A DNA stretch of 64,000 bases from Chrysomallon squamiferum. Taxonomy: Eukaryota; Animalia; Mollusca. The stretch covers positions 12,338,001-12,402,000 of the forward strand of contig CM022672.1 in assembly GCA_012295275.1 (NCBI GenBank). Reading direction: 5' to 3'. Below are positions 25,655 to 39,411 of the stretch, piece after piece (within the stretch, counting starts at the first letter, position 1; every line of letters starts with the position of its first letter). The notes below the pieces were generated by a model, which saw only the letters and a program-made list of their open reading frames with translations, did no database searches and was not told the origin of the DNA. A program made the position numbers and the translations under genes.

Positions 25655-28600
25655 ATATGTAAGAGAAAGATTCTCACTCACTTTTGTAGCATTTCTGTTT
25701 GCGTAGTTGACACAAGCGTTGTGACTCTGATTCAACCACTGCCAGAAAACTGTCTGACGTATTGTTGGATTTGGCAACAACAGACCCACAACCTAAATTA
25801 ATAAAATCAACAAATAAAAATTCAAGTTTTGATATTACAATACCCAGGAGAATATAACAAAGATGATTATAGAAAATTCCATTTTTATTTCAAAATTAAA
25901 ATGATACAGAAACATAAGTAATTCCCCAGCATACAGAAATATAGATGACTATGTGAAATTTAAAGAGTTGAAATTTTTATTTTTTTATTTTGTTAACAAA
26001 CAGTATTACTTGTATATTCAGGAAGATTTAGGATAATTTGTGTATGTTACAAGTTTTACTGAATGTGTAAATCTATAGACTATTAATTTTCTGTTGCCAA
26101 GGTTTTTGAGATAACAGACATACAGATGAACAAGGCTTTCGTGTAATAGAATGTTAGAAAACATTTCCGAATAAATCAGAATTAGATACTGATTAATATT
26201 TAAAATAGTAAAAGAAAATTACTTACAATAGGAGATCCGAAAGGAACAAAACCTGAAAAATAAAACTTTCTCTGTGTAACCAGATAAGTGTGTTAAAACA
26301 AGTCAATTACAAAATAACATTCTGATTATTTTGTTATCTGATAAACTGGGTAAATATTTTTAAAAACATTTAAAGCTTATCACCCAAATGACAGTTGATA
26401 TAACTGAAATATGTTAGATGATGTAATGATATAGAAAAAAAAAATACTGATATAACAGAGATGATACAAATGGAAAATACATTAGTTGTTATAAGTATTA
26501 CTGTTAATAATAATTATTAAATCATGACAACAACAACCCGAATGTTAACATTATTATCAAAATTAGCTTTCATTATTATTTATGATATTTACCTGACATT
26601 CTGAAAGGCATAAAAATCTTTTCTCCAGTGTCTGGATGGATTATTGCCTATAAAATAAAAAACAAATAAATTTTGTTAGATTTTATTACTGTATTCTAGA
26701 ATAAATTGTTTTGAATAATCTGAGAATAGTTTACAGGGACAAATTACAAATTAAACCAAAAAATGTAAAAACTTAGAACTTCTTAATTTGTGAAATAATT
26801 CCTTAATCAAATATTAATATTAAACACTATAATAATGAAAATTAAATAGAGTTTAAGAAACAGTAAGAGAGAACATACGAGAGCGACATCCACACAGAAT
26901 ACACAGACAGAGAGAGAGTGCGAGTTTGAAAGAGCTTGAGATCGAGAGAAAATCAAATAAAAAAGGTAGAAAGAAAGAGATATTTTCATAACTACACAAT
27001 ATGTATATTTACAATAGGTTTTAAAAACTATTATAAATATGCAAAATGTTAACTGTTTCAAAAGTTAGTTACTTTCATCACACTAATAAAGATAATATCT
27101 TCTTTAATTTCAACAGAACTTTGGTAAAAAAAAAACCTGTTTTATTTTCAGTGCCTCCCACAGCTGTGCGTCAGTGACACCAGGGGGCAGTGTTCCTGCT
27201 TTGTAATCATCTAGAAGTTTTATTGCAGACTCTAACTCTTTCTGGAATTAGTTATTAACATCAAACATTAATTTTCATTAATCGTTCTAAATTATTTTTA
27301 AATCTAATTCATAAATTTCAAATAGCATGAATTAAGTAATATCAGTTAATTTTCAAGTACAATTATTACAGAGAAGCTATATAAAAAATAAATAAATAAA
27401 TAAGGCCTTAAAAACATATGTATATAGGTGAATAGGATTTTTCAAATTAATGGTTATTACATTATTTTCAATTATATAGCATGTTTCATCTTTAAAACTG
27501 ACATAATGAGCAAGAAAAAAACCATCAAAAAAACAAAACAAAACAAATGCTGTTGCCATGGATTATTCTTACATGTTAGTAGCAAGATATTTGTTTTACC
27601 TTTACCCCCTCAAAGACAGAAAAAAAATTAACCAATTCATTTTATAAACCAGTGATAGACCAAGAAATATTCAATAACAGCACTATGGAAGGAAGGAAAT
27701 GTTTCATTTAATGATTCACTTAAGACATTTCAGTTACTGTTATAATGTATTGGACATGCAGTTAAGGATCACGTAGATAAAACAGGAAAAATCCACTGCA
27801 GTCATTTTGTGGGCAGATCTAGCACTTCTTAAAATTAACAGGGAGAGTAACATTATCATAGTATTTAAACATTTCATTCTATCTAAAAAAAAAAATATAA
27901 AAAAACTACACACATACAAGGACACACACACACACACACAAAAGCCACAAATAGAAAGGTACGTGCTATCTGTCTAAATTGAATTGAACTTTATTGACAC
28001 TCAGGCCACAGTTTACAGCACATGAGGATACATTCACACAAAATTTAATATCATTGTAACAATTATTACAAGTATGACAAGATGATGGATTTACAATGAT
28101 GTGTACAAAATAATAAAAAATATATACAATGTATCTATATATCAGCCAGACATATCCAATCACACCTAACTCTGCCCTGGCTTTATATCTAGTTACATAA
28201 ATTGTTCTACGAAGTTGTTGTACATATCAAACATGTTTACTGTCAGGTGAAACATGTTTTATAGCTGCTTGCTATTACAAGCTTGTTAAAACATTCCAGT
28301 CACTAAGTGGGTCAGCTTTACAAAAGTGACTCAGCAGATACAATGTATGGGAACGTACACTTGACTTAACAGCTTGTTTTAAATGGTTTTTACATCTTGT
28401 CAGTTTAACATGCAGTGTAACAGAGGATATTTACCAAATATACTTGTCATATAGATGTATATTTAACATCAGCAAGCTGTGACCTAGTCACCTCAGTTCT
28501 AATATTAAATAAACAACATTCCTAAATGTTTCAGTAGGTTAATGGTCATTTCGTATCTGATTTCACAATAAAACTGAACAGGTTTGTTTATACAGAATGA

Positions 28601-30647
28601 TGCAGCAAAATATATTAAATGTTTTAAAAAAAAGATAATCATTTAAAAAATAAATATATATATATATAATAAAAAACAAATAAAATAATTAAATAATAGA
28701 ATGCTGTGAAAGTATTTAAGAAGCAGATAATAATTTATATAAGTATTATAAGATTTAAACTTTATATCTCTTTCTTCTTGTGAAAACAGTAATCCATATT
28801 TTAGTTAATATCTTTTTGTTCAGATTGTATTTTTATAATTCCAAATATATTATTCAATCAGTTCTAATAATTCATGGCTTTTCTGGAGGGTTTGTTTTAG
28901 TATTAATTCATCTTGTGCATTTTCAGCTAACATATTTTAATGTATAACAAAAATCTTAAAAGCAATTACAACCTAAGCAAAAATTGAAATATTTTGAACA
29001 TTTTAATTATCTACAAATAAAAATATGAACTGAGGACTGCTTACCTGTGACGTGAACAGAGTTCGTGGATCAATGACATTGAAAAAATGTTTGAGACGTC
29101 CAAGAAAAGTACTCTGAAAAAAAAAATAATAATAAATAAATAAAAAATCATATTGAAATATCTTAAAACTGAAATGTTCATGCATGACTGCCATGGGCCA
29201 ACAGTCTAGAATCGACAATGTTAGAATGTTAGAAGATTAGTTAGAAGGAGGTCTTTAGTGATCTGAAACGATCTCAGTTAATCTGAGGTTATAAGCTGTT
29301 ATATAAAGATGAGATCCAAGAACCTGTTGGTTAAGAAGGTGATGTTTAACTGTAGCTATAATGAAGCTGTTAAAATGATTAAATATTTGTATTTATTAAA
29401 TTTGTATTATTAATTTTTTTTTATAACTATATTGCTAAAAAGATTAAAAAAATAAAAAAAATAAAAAAAAGGTCGGAAGTAAGTTGAAATTATGAAATTA
29501 TATATTATTATTATCTGTATATAAGCATATGCAGGCACACATTTTATATTACACAGACATACAGAACACATCAGACACACATACACACATACAGTATTTT
29601 TACTGAACTCACACACACAACACACATAGAACACATAACATATATACACATAAAATACATACAATACATATACAGAACATATACACATAACATAGACTTA
29701 TATACAATACACATAGAACACAAACACAACACACATACAATACTTACACAGAACACTCATATACATACACAAAAACCTTACATTCAGACACATAGTTATA
29801 CACACAGAACACATGTACATATATACACACACATACAGAACACAGAACACAAAGAAAATACATATACACAACACACATAAACATACACAGAGAAGACACA
29901 GAACACACACAAATAAACATACATAAAAAACATATAAACACACATAACACACATGCACACACCACACACTACATATAATTCATACACTTGGTAATTTACA
30001 ATTATAACCTTTCTTATGCATTTTAACCACCACTGAAAGTAAGTCATATTCTTTTATTATTATTATTATTCCTGTGAGGGCCAAGGATAATTGCAAATAT
30101 TCTCAAACTTCAAATATAATAATTTTTTTGTCATGGTTGAATATGCAATGCTTTTCTGATTTTATTTATTTAATTTTTTTTTTTTTAAATGAGAAAACTT
30201 GTTTTTCCCAACCAAAAGGAAAAACTATTCAGTAAAGGTAAATCAAATTTGCTTTTATTAGTGGTCCAAATATTCACATCTATGTTTTCTTCACTTATTA
30301 GTTGCAGAAATATATTAATTAAAATATTTATAAATTCAAGTGATATAATGCCTAAAGAATAATAATCGAATTCATGTTACATTAAACAAACAAAAAAATA
30401 GAAGAAAAAAAAACAGAAAAAAAAAAAGAATTAAAAAGTCACAGCAGTCCAAAAATATCAACAAGAACTAAATAACGATATACAGTAAAGTATTCATTAA
30501 TTATTTATTAATGTATTTATTACATTGCTTATTTCAAGCTGTGACATGTTATCAACTACTAATGAACGTCCCTGAAAAAAATAATAAAAATCGTTTACTG
30601 ATTATTAAGTAACGCATTAATCTTAATTCAATTTAGTACTGATTTTC

Positions 30648-30678
<31 letters not shown>

Positions 30679-30856
30679 GGTGACTCGATGACATTTAGAG
30701 GGTCGTTTAAGGACAAATGCCTTTCGTTACAATTGACTAGGTGCAGATTTGGGGAACTTCTCACGAATCAAACTATCAATAATTGATGCACTTGCTTACC
30801 TGGTCATATCTTGGCTTATCAAGGCTGAAAGGAGGATAAGCTGACTGAGACGCCAT
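20049..30856 (-). CDS. SFXN5: Sideroflexin-5, mitochondrial inner-membrane carrier (12 exons, 325 aa)
   Basis: Minus-strand exons 30856-30800, 29113-29045, 27241-27137, 26647-26593, 26252-26227, 25792-25682, 25007-24942, 24486-24396, 23771-23656, 21254-21169, 20476-20359, 20126-20049 sum to 978 nt in frame. Motifs: [67 protein letters not shown] (SFXN5-type), [20 protein letters not shown]-terminal YNKGL*. Confidence 0.96.
21068..21150. repeat. (GA)n microsatellite
   Basis: About 40 GA units just downstream of the SFXN5 exon 10B donor. Confidence 0.95.
22438..22529 (-). other. Duplicated alternative copy of SFXN5 exon 10 (exon 10A) with in-frame TAG
   Basis: TTGACTTTCAG acceptor and GTGAGT donor, 92 nt, same 0/2 phases as the 86-nt exon 10B (21254-21169). 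Translates [29 protein letters not shown](K) versus [28 protein letters not shown](K). Confidence 0.8.
22702..22774. repeat. 32-bp tandem duplication (about 2.3 copies)
   Basis: ATCAAAAGAACATG(T/A)TGATAATG(T/G)TAGTTGAA twice, plus a partial third unit. Confidence 0.85.
22788..23055. mobile_element. Degenerate interspersed repeat (SINE-like), copy 2
   Basis: Contains AGTTAAGGATCATAGAG...GGCTATTCCATTTTAATTAGCAGAAAGTTATCTTTTACAAGCACC...CACTGGCTG; core shared with the other copies. Confidence 0.55.
27688..27810. mobile_element. Degenerate interspersed repeat (SINE-like), copy 3
   Basis: GGAAGGAAGGAAATGTTTCATTTAATGATTCACTTAAGACATTT...GCAGTTAAGGATCACGTAGAT...AATCCACTGC; best-preserved end of the family in this window. 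Confidence 0.6.
29540..29975. repeat. Long degenerate (CA/CATA/CAGAA)-rich low-complexity tract in SFXN5 intron 1
   Basis: About 430 bp of decayed ACACATACAGAACAC-type units; gives the Cys/Val/Tyr-rich spurious ORFs. Confidence 0.85.
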
Positions 30857-30990
30857 GACTATACTAACAATTTATCTCTATGCACTATGTTTAATGCATA
30901 TCACCATAAAATGAATTTAATCTATCAGTGTGCACAGAAATACGGATAGCCTATTTAACACACGAAACGTGACGGACATGTCATTAAGTC

Positions 30991-31341
30991 ATTAGAGTTC
31001 TTCCCCTTATACTATAAAAATGTTTTAGTATCGTCGCAAAAAGTCCTAAATGATTGGGTCATCGTGTAATTAACGTTAAACTGAATATTAAAAAAAAAAA
31101 AAATCAATAAATAACATTCCATTGTTGTTTTTGTTGTTAGTCTTAGAAACAAAGAATTTTCATCACTGTTATTTTACTGAATAAATATGTCAGATAATCT
31201 GAATTTTGTACAGCAAACTACGTTAAAATGAAAAACTATCGCGACACTGCAATCATTAGTTATTCCCCTTATACCATCAAATTTATTAGTACTGTTGCAA
31301 AAAGTCCTAAATGATTGGGTCAACGTGTAATTAACGTTAAA
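30991..31341. promoter_or_regulatory. Duplicated ~90-bp block in the SFXN5 upstream region, each copy with a CCAAT box on the SFXN5 strand
   Basis: 30991-31080 and 31255-31341 share TTCCCCTTATAC...GCAAAAAGTCCTAAATGATTGGGTCA(T/A)CGTGTAATTAACGTTAAA. ATTGG at 31053 and 31314. The duplication is certain; a regulatory role is inferred. Confidence 0.6.
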
Positions 31342-32695
31342 TTAATTAAATTAAATTAAATTAAATAAATAAAATGAAGCAAAAAGCAAATTTCAAGAAA
31401 TATTATATTATATTAAATATAGTCACTGATCACTAGTACATTTTATTAAAATGAATATAATTAAGACAATATTTCAATACAAATTTTAAAAATAATATAT
31501 ATTGTTTTAAAGAGTAATCAAAATGTGACAAAGCATAAACACTGGCATATAATTTTTTTTAACCGTATAATGAATCAGTTAAAATCGGGATTCTCTTTTG
31601 ATAGTTTTCCAATAAAAAATAAATTAAATAAAAAGTAAATAAATAAATAAATAATAAAAATAAACAAAATTCTTTTTTTTTTAAAATACACATATGACGC
31701 TTAAAAATTTAAATATTTAGTTTAAGAAATAAAATAAAAATTAAAGAGAAAGAAAGAAAAAGAAAAAAGAAAAGAAAATTAAAATTTTATACATTAAAGA
31801 GAGCATTTCTAGGAATGCTTTTAACAAATTTTAAATTATCATCATTTTTGATTTTAGGAAGTGCAGTGATCGTTTATCTAACCATTCGTGTCTAATTAAG
31901 CAACGTTGTTCCAGAGTTAAAGAGAAAAAATATTGTACTAAGGTTAAGCTCTATCGTTGCCAGATCTTTATATGTATGTATGTATTTTATTTTATTTTAT
32001 TTTTTTTTTTTTTTTCTCAAGCTCACTTTTTAAAATAACATTTTTATGATCCTGGTTAATCATTCATTTACTGTTTCCGCTTCCGGCGCGGGATGTCTGT
32101 ATTTTTTTTTCCCCCATTAGAAACACGATAATATATATCACGGCTTTTGATAAACTATTCACTGTTCTAGGCGAGATATTCTACATTTTAACCACTGAAC
32201 GATAACACCTTCTGAAATATTAAAACATTTTTGCAGTGATAATAACAAACAATGTTGCTATAAATACATTTTCCTATTTCCTTTTGATTATATTTTTCTT
32301 CTTTTTGATACATCAAACTTTGCTAACAATAAAATATATGCTCACTGACATGAACAGTTGATGATGGCTGTTTGTTATAACAGCGAAAGTGGTGGTTGTA
32401 GTAATAACAACAGCACTTATGGTAGTCATAAGAAGAGGTGCAGTAGCAGAAATTGTAATGGCTATGATAAAGCGTCACACCGTTTCCGTTGTTATTATTG
32501 TGATTATTACTAGTAGGAATTTGAAACATCTTCATATCCCTCTCTTAACAAAACAACAACAGAAAACAACAACCAGAAATGTTAGTGGTTGTGTATTATG
32601 TACAAAACTGGTTGCAGTTTTATTGCTAAAAATGTTCTTCCTAAGTTGTAATTATTTTTTAAAGATAATCTCAAAAAATAATAAAATAAATTAAA

Positions 32696-32768
<73 letters not shown>

Positions 32769-33278
32769 TTAAAATTAAAAACATAAATAAATTAATTTAA
32801 TTTAATTTTTTAAAATTTAAAAATTAATAAAAGAAATGAACCGGATATATCTACTTTTTAAATATTTTGTTTCGTGACGTCAGAGTTTTTTGTTTTTTTT
32901 TTTGTTTTTTTTTTCTAAATGTGTCTGCTTTCCTAGCTATCTGTAATTGTTGACAGTTTTATCGAGATATTTAGAAAAATCATTTCCTGATTCGAGGACA
33001 AACGAAACCTGGTACATACTTCACAGACACAACAAACAGCTTTTCTAAAACACACATTTCGTAATATGATAAATGAGCAAATACTTTGAAAGCGTTTAAC
33101 TGCTCACTCATTAATAATAATTAAATAAATAAATTAGCATGGGGATTTTAATATTTTCAAACCACAATTCAAAAGTTAAAAGATCGGAGTCTCATATTTA
33201 GTAATTTAATATCTCCACTACAAAATCATTGCATCTAATAGATTGTTTGGTAAACGTGCAAATTGTAAACTTCTTCTT

Positions 33279-33313
<35 letters not shown>

Positions 33314-33463
33314 TTCAGAGAAATGATTGTTGTAGCATTGGAAGACTGGACAATAAATCTCAAAACGTGATAGTTATTATTTGCTAGAACGCAGAATTTC
33401 CTCGTAAATCATGTCAGTGTGTAAATTAAGAGATTGTATTTATGAATGAATTGTTTGTCTGAA

Positions 33464-33544
33464 AAAAGAAATGTTTTATTTAAAGACGTACTAACTGATT
33501 TTGATCTATTGTGTCATGTGTGTATATATATAGTTTAAAGACAG

Positions 33545-33545
<1 letters not shown>
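33464..33545. mobile_element. Degenerate interspersed repeat (SINE-like), copy 4, truncated
   Basis: AAGAAATGTTTTATTTAAAGACGTACTAAC...TAGTTTAAAGACAG resembles the end of copies 1 and 3; followed by a poly(A) run. Confidence 0.45.
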
Positions 33546-33586
<41 letters not shown>

Positions 33587-34339
33587 TTCTTAGAATACAG
33601 AAGAAATAACCTGGAAGAAAAGTTGAACTGATAATAATGAGATATGAATAAAAAGTGCGACAATGAATTCCTTTTTCCTTGTTCCGTTTTTGTTATTTTT
33701 ATTTATATTTCATTTTTTGACCTTTTTTCTTTTTCCTTTTTTCTCAGTGTATTTCTCAGGCCAAATAGAAAATACATAATAACAAAGATGCAAATCGAAA
33801 GAATTTTGTTTTTGTCACACCCAACATTATGATTTAAAGTGGAACAACTTGAAATATAAAATGAAAAAAAAAAAAACCACAAAACATCCAAACACGCATA
33901 AATTACCTTTATACAGACTCATGAATTATATTTTTCTAAATAACACTTCGGGAGTGTTCCCAGTGTGTCAACTCGCCGCAATTTAAAACTTCCTTCTAAA
34001 GGACTGTAATTCCAATATCATCGACCTTGACATTGAACAACAATTGCCTCTAGAATTAAAAACAATAAGCCAACACAATTTATGACACATTAATAAAAGG
34101 TAAAATAAATTAAATATTCCACATTTATTTTCGCACACACATTTCACTGTATGTTATGAGAATATAAAATGTAACATTTTCTTCGTCTTTTCACCCCCCC
34201 CTCTTTTTTTTAATATTTACTGCGGTAACGCGTGTACAGTGGACAATGCTATTTATTATCTGTGATTTATTAGTGCCAACAGCAGTATTTTAACGAACAG
34301 AGAACATAAATCTCTGTGTGAAATGGGTATTATCTAAAT

Positions 34340-34650
34340 CAGGGGTTTTCAAACTTTTTGACTTGCCGACCCCTTTATATTTCAGGCTTTACCTTAGGGA
34401 CCCCCTTATAAACGCTTATGAAATTTATAATAAATATTTGCTTAAAATAACATATATTTTTACATTTATTTAGGATATATTAGGATATATTACAAAATTA
34501 TTTACCTGTTATTTCATGCGCTCACATTTACAAATATAAGAAAAAAGATTTCGATTAAAAAACATATATAAAATCAAACTGCCCATAAAAAGGACCACGG
34601 ACCCCCTGTCTTGTACTTGCGGTCCGCGGACCACAGTTTGAAAACCCCTG
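34340..34650. mobile_element. Non-autonomous hAT (Buster/Charlie-type) MITE, 311 bp
   Basis: Perfect 16-bp TIRs CAGGGGTTTTCAAACT ... AGTTTGAAAACCCCTG and a perfect 8-bp TSD ATCTAAAT (34332-34339 and 34651-34658) with central TA. Subterminal palindrome GGTCCGCGGACC at 34621-34632. Confidence 0.95.
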
Positions 34651-35390
34651 ATCTAAATCATAAACAAATCTGTCCTGGCTAGATCTAAAAAATGTAATAT
34701 TTTAATCATAGCCTTGTTACTTTTGACATTCGAAAATGTTGCGGTCATGTAAACAATGCTATCACTGAAATGTGTTGCATTACCTGCACAGATTGACCCA
34801 CGATAGCATACACGCATATGACACAAAGACAAAGAAACATACATATAGATAAATTCAAAGGCATACATCCAGACAGACTAACACACGATTACATTTTCAT
34901 TCACGAATAAGACACATGCATCGTAAACATACTTGAGGAGCTCTTTTAACAACTGGATTGATAAAAGTCACACATAAAAATCGAAAATCAGCAGATTTAC
35001 CGCAGTATTAATTTGTAAATTACCTTAAATGACTCGCGTCCGCCTATGTATGTTTATGAATCATTAATAACAGGACCTGATCAGGAAGGATTTATGGGTT
35101 GTCTCTGTTATATTGCACTAAAGTGTTAACCAGTAGCAACAGGACAAAGCGTAATTATACTGCAGGTTGTGGTCTTTCAACAGATTACTTTATCATGATA
35201 AATCCACAACTAAGAAAAAAAAAATAATAATAATAAAAATTAAAAAAAAAAAAAATATCAGCTAAGTAATTCATGTTTTGGATACATTTTATATGCGCAT
35301 TTATGTGTCGTAACTTGCATACTTATTTAGATTTAATGCAGAATTTATAGGTTTGAAAACTGAATGTATACTGGTATTTTCAGTAAGTGG

Positions 35391-35450
<60 letters not shown>

Positions 35451-35490
35451 GTTGTATATGTGTGTGCGAGAGCGCGCGCCGGTTTCCCTT

Positions 35491-35552
35491 ATTTAATCTG
35501 ATCTGTACATTCGATGTTTCTCTCTCATTTAATCTGATCTGTACATTCGATG
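35491..35552. repeat. 26-bp direct repeat between (GT)n and (CT)n tracts
   Basis: ATTTAATCTGATCTGTACATTCGATG at 35491-35516 and 35527-35552. Confidence 0.85.
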
Positions 35553-35598
<46 letters not shown>

Positions 35599-35770
35599 AT
35601 ATATCTGTATATTCGACAACAAAAGTGAAAAACCCACTGACAAATACGCTTTATATTACCAACAGAAATGGCATAAATAATTTCAAAACCAGTAAATAAT
35701 ATTTCGTAACAGAACATGCTGGTTTATCATGCAACTATTTCAACAGTGATTGGAGTTATGTATTCCGAAA

Positions 35771-35826
<56 letters not shown>

Positions 35827-36478
35827 GTTTCAAAATATTACAAAGCGACTTTAAAGTGTAGAAATAATATACTAAATATATCCTGCATGCTGTATTTTTT
35901 TGCTGTATCACCATATTAAACGTTACACCTCTTAAAAAAATTCAAATACCCTGTTATAAATCTTTACTTGTTTTTTTGTTTTTTTCCACCATTTTGTTGC
36001 GCAGACAAATAAAACCAAACTCAGCAACCCATTCGTTAATTCCTACCCTTACTCAAACAGGTTAAAGGTTACGAATACTGGAGACAAGTGTCATTCAAAG
36101 CTACAAAAGAACTATGGTGTGTTAAAAAGTGCGGTACACGCTTACGTGTACATCCGGGTTGAAGTGAACTACAACGTTGAAGAATGCCATTGAATGGCTG
36201 GCGATACTCGCAATGTGAGTCGTTGCTCGTTTGTTGCTCACAATCGTGTCGTGCTTAACATATGAGAGTTTTTGAAAGACATTCACACTAACTAACTTCA
36301 TCGTGACGGTCTGACTTACATGGCGTGTGTTTCAGAAGGAAAGAAGGGAAAAACGAGGTTTTAAGGTACGATTTCAACTTATACGTGATATATTTATGAT
36401 AACACCCACGTATCCTCACACGTCTGCCTAATTTTACGCACTGTTTATTTCACTGACATTTGTCTGTATATGTCTTTC

Positions 36479-36527
<49 letters not shown>

Positions 36528-36880
36528 TAATAATTGTAATAATAACCTCAGCAAACAAACAATACTAATAACAATAATAAAAATAGCAAAACTAAGAACA
36601 ACAATAGTAATAATAATAAGAGCAACAACTTTGTACATCTGTTTATCTGAAAAGCAAAAAGATAAAATAGCCACTGGAAATTTTATTTATCAATGTTTTT
36701 ATCTATGCAAAAATATGTAAATTTGTGTGAGCGTGTATACACACACACACACACACTTATGGAAATACTTGTGTGTTTATGTATGTATGTGTATGTGTGT
36801 ATTATGTATGTGAATGTATGTATGTGTATATGTGAATGTGTGTATATATATCTATGTATGCCAAATGTAAGTACGTAAAC

Positions 36881-36961
<81 letters not shown>

Positions 36962-39157
36962 TGAAGCATTTATTAACATAATAAACACAGAAAATTTAGA
37001 CTAAATATATTTTCAAGTAGACCACGTAACATGTTTATCGTAAAAGCTTTTAACTGTAAAACGTGACATTTAAAAAAAAAAAAAAAATGAATAAAAAAGA
37101 AATCATATGCCTTATTGACTTAGCCTCAAGGTTTATATAATCTTTATTTTATCGTTGCACATTTTCTAGAAAACTTGGTATTGGTCGTTAACTCCAGTTT
37201 ACAGTTTCTTTATGATGTACACAAAAGCCAGTTCAATGTTTTTGTTTGCGTGTGTAACGTGGCTAGTATCACCCGTTTGTTGGGCGTTTCCTAAGTTCTA
37301 CTTCGCAAATATTTTAGATGGCTGTGTTATCCAAATATTGTTTAAAATGTTGCTATCTAATGCATGAACTTTTCCAGTTTATTTATATATATATATATAT
37401 GTATATACAATGCTTATTGTATAATATGTATTTGAATATAAGCATGTAAATGTTCTATTTCTGTGTGTGTGTGTGTATGTATGTGTTTGAGTGTGTCTGT
37501 GTGTTTTTGTATGTCTGTTCATATGTGTGTGTGTGTGTATGTGTGTGTGTGTGTGTGTGTGTGAAACAAAAAACGAGTGGAAAAAAGTCATCCATGTAAA
37601 CATAGAAACACTGTTATGTGCATAATCGTTTTTATTACAACGATAAAGAATTCGAAAAACATTATTTAAAAAAATGGATGAGAGAGAGAGAAAAAATTAC
37701 TGTATTCTTTTCCCGGATGTCACTGAATAATTTCTAATGTAATGTAACAATCCTATTTTTTTTTTCTTTTTTTTTATTATTTTTTTTTTTTTTTCCGGAG
37801 CAAAAATTTCCTAAAATAGTTTATTTAAAATCCGGTTCTTCCCTCACTGTTCGTATTTCTCAGTCAAATAATCACAGAAAAAACCGGACCCAGTGCAGCT
37901 TGCGTTGCATTTGTAAATACATTATATCTCGCTGAGTCACATTTTAAATACGTTACATGACTGTCGTACTGTCGACAGCCCGAAATGTTATTCTGCATGA
38001 AAAGGTTTTGTTGGTGAATGTTCCAGATCATTTCAGGCACAGACGTATTTGTCACGCGGCAGAGCGGAAGAGATAATTACTTGTCTAATGAAATAAAACA
38101 GTGAATATAAAATGTGGAGTCTGTGCTCAGGAAAGACGCAGATGAATGTAAACTAGAACGCACACACCATTCTTCTTTCCTCTCTCCAGTCGAAGAGTCA
38201 TTTTTACTAATATTGGTGTGTTTCCCGATCTAGCCCATATTAGGCAACTGACATCAGATGCTGTAGTTTGTGCATCACTATTTAAAGAAAGGTGCATATA
38301 AATTCGGTTATTAAATTATACATAAATATACTCTTACAAATAATAATAATAATAATGATGATGATGTTGAGTGCGAAAACATATATAATAATAATTACTA
38401 TAACAACTACAACAAAAATAATACTAATATAGAGAGAAACATATAATAATTTGTATTATAACAACCATAATAATAGTAATAATAATGACAACAACAATAA
38501 TAATAATGACAGAGAGAAAGAAAAGAAACAACAGAGGAGGCATTTTATTGTAAAATGTGTGTATGCGTATACGTGAATATTTATAATCGTTTTCTGTTTA
38601 ATTAAATATGGAAATTGCTTTATACTAAAACGCACTGTTTGAACTTCTATTTATTTATACTATTATTTTTTTATTTCATTGATTAATTAATTTTAAAAAT
38701 AATAAATGTTAACAATACATGCATCTATATACAACTTGTATATATATGCGCCTTAGTACAGATATCAGAATGTACATATACAAACGTAAAATATTATAAT
38801 TACAATATTAACTTGCTTTTTTCACATTATGTAATCATTTGTTGCCTATTTCAGTTAGCATTTATACTGATAACATTTTTTTTTTTTTTTTTTTTTTTTG
38901 TTAGATGTTGCTTGTTTTCTCGCTCTCTGTCACAGTCATGTGATAATGACACATTAAAATAACAAGAATACAGAATTCCATCTGCAGACTAAAACTCGCA
39001 TTTCCACAAATGAACACGATGACAACCATTTTATAACTGGATTATTTTTAATACAGCCATCTCTATTACGTAAGTCACTTTTGTATTTTTATTAATTTAT
39101 TTTATTTTATTTTTCATTGACTACAGTTGCCTGTAAGTCGGTTAAATGGCATCCACG

Positions 39158-39194
<37 letters not shown>

Positions 39195-39284
39195 GCGTTT
39201 CATTTGATATCACTACACTCTGTCTCTGTTGTTGATCAGGACGGCCTGGATAAATGTTAGGGCACTTGTAATACGATGACAACG

Positions 39285-39315
<31 letters not shown>

Positions 39316-39411
39316 TTTACCATATATGTTAAGGTCAAATAGTGTATTTTTTCTATTTTTAATCCCAGACTCAGATTAAACGAACCAATGGTTGTAGAGA
39401 TTCGGCATTTA

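Noticed and set aside
36061-36165. Short frame VKGYEYWRQVSFKATKELWCVKKCGTRLRVHPG, faintly like a FLYWCH/Mutator zinc finger
   Set aside because: Only 33 codons, ends in a stop, His ligands not correctly placed and no further transposase sequence; could be a UTR exon or repeat fragment.
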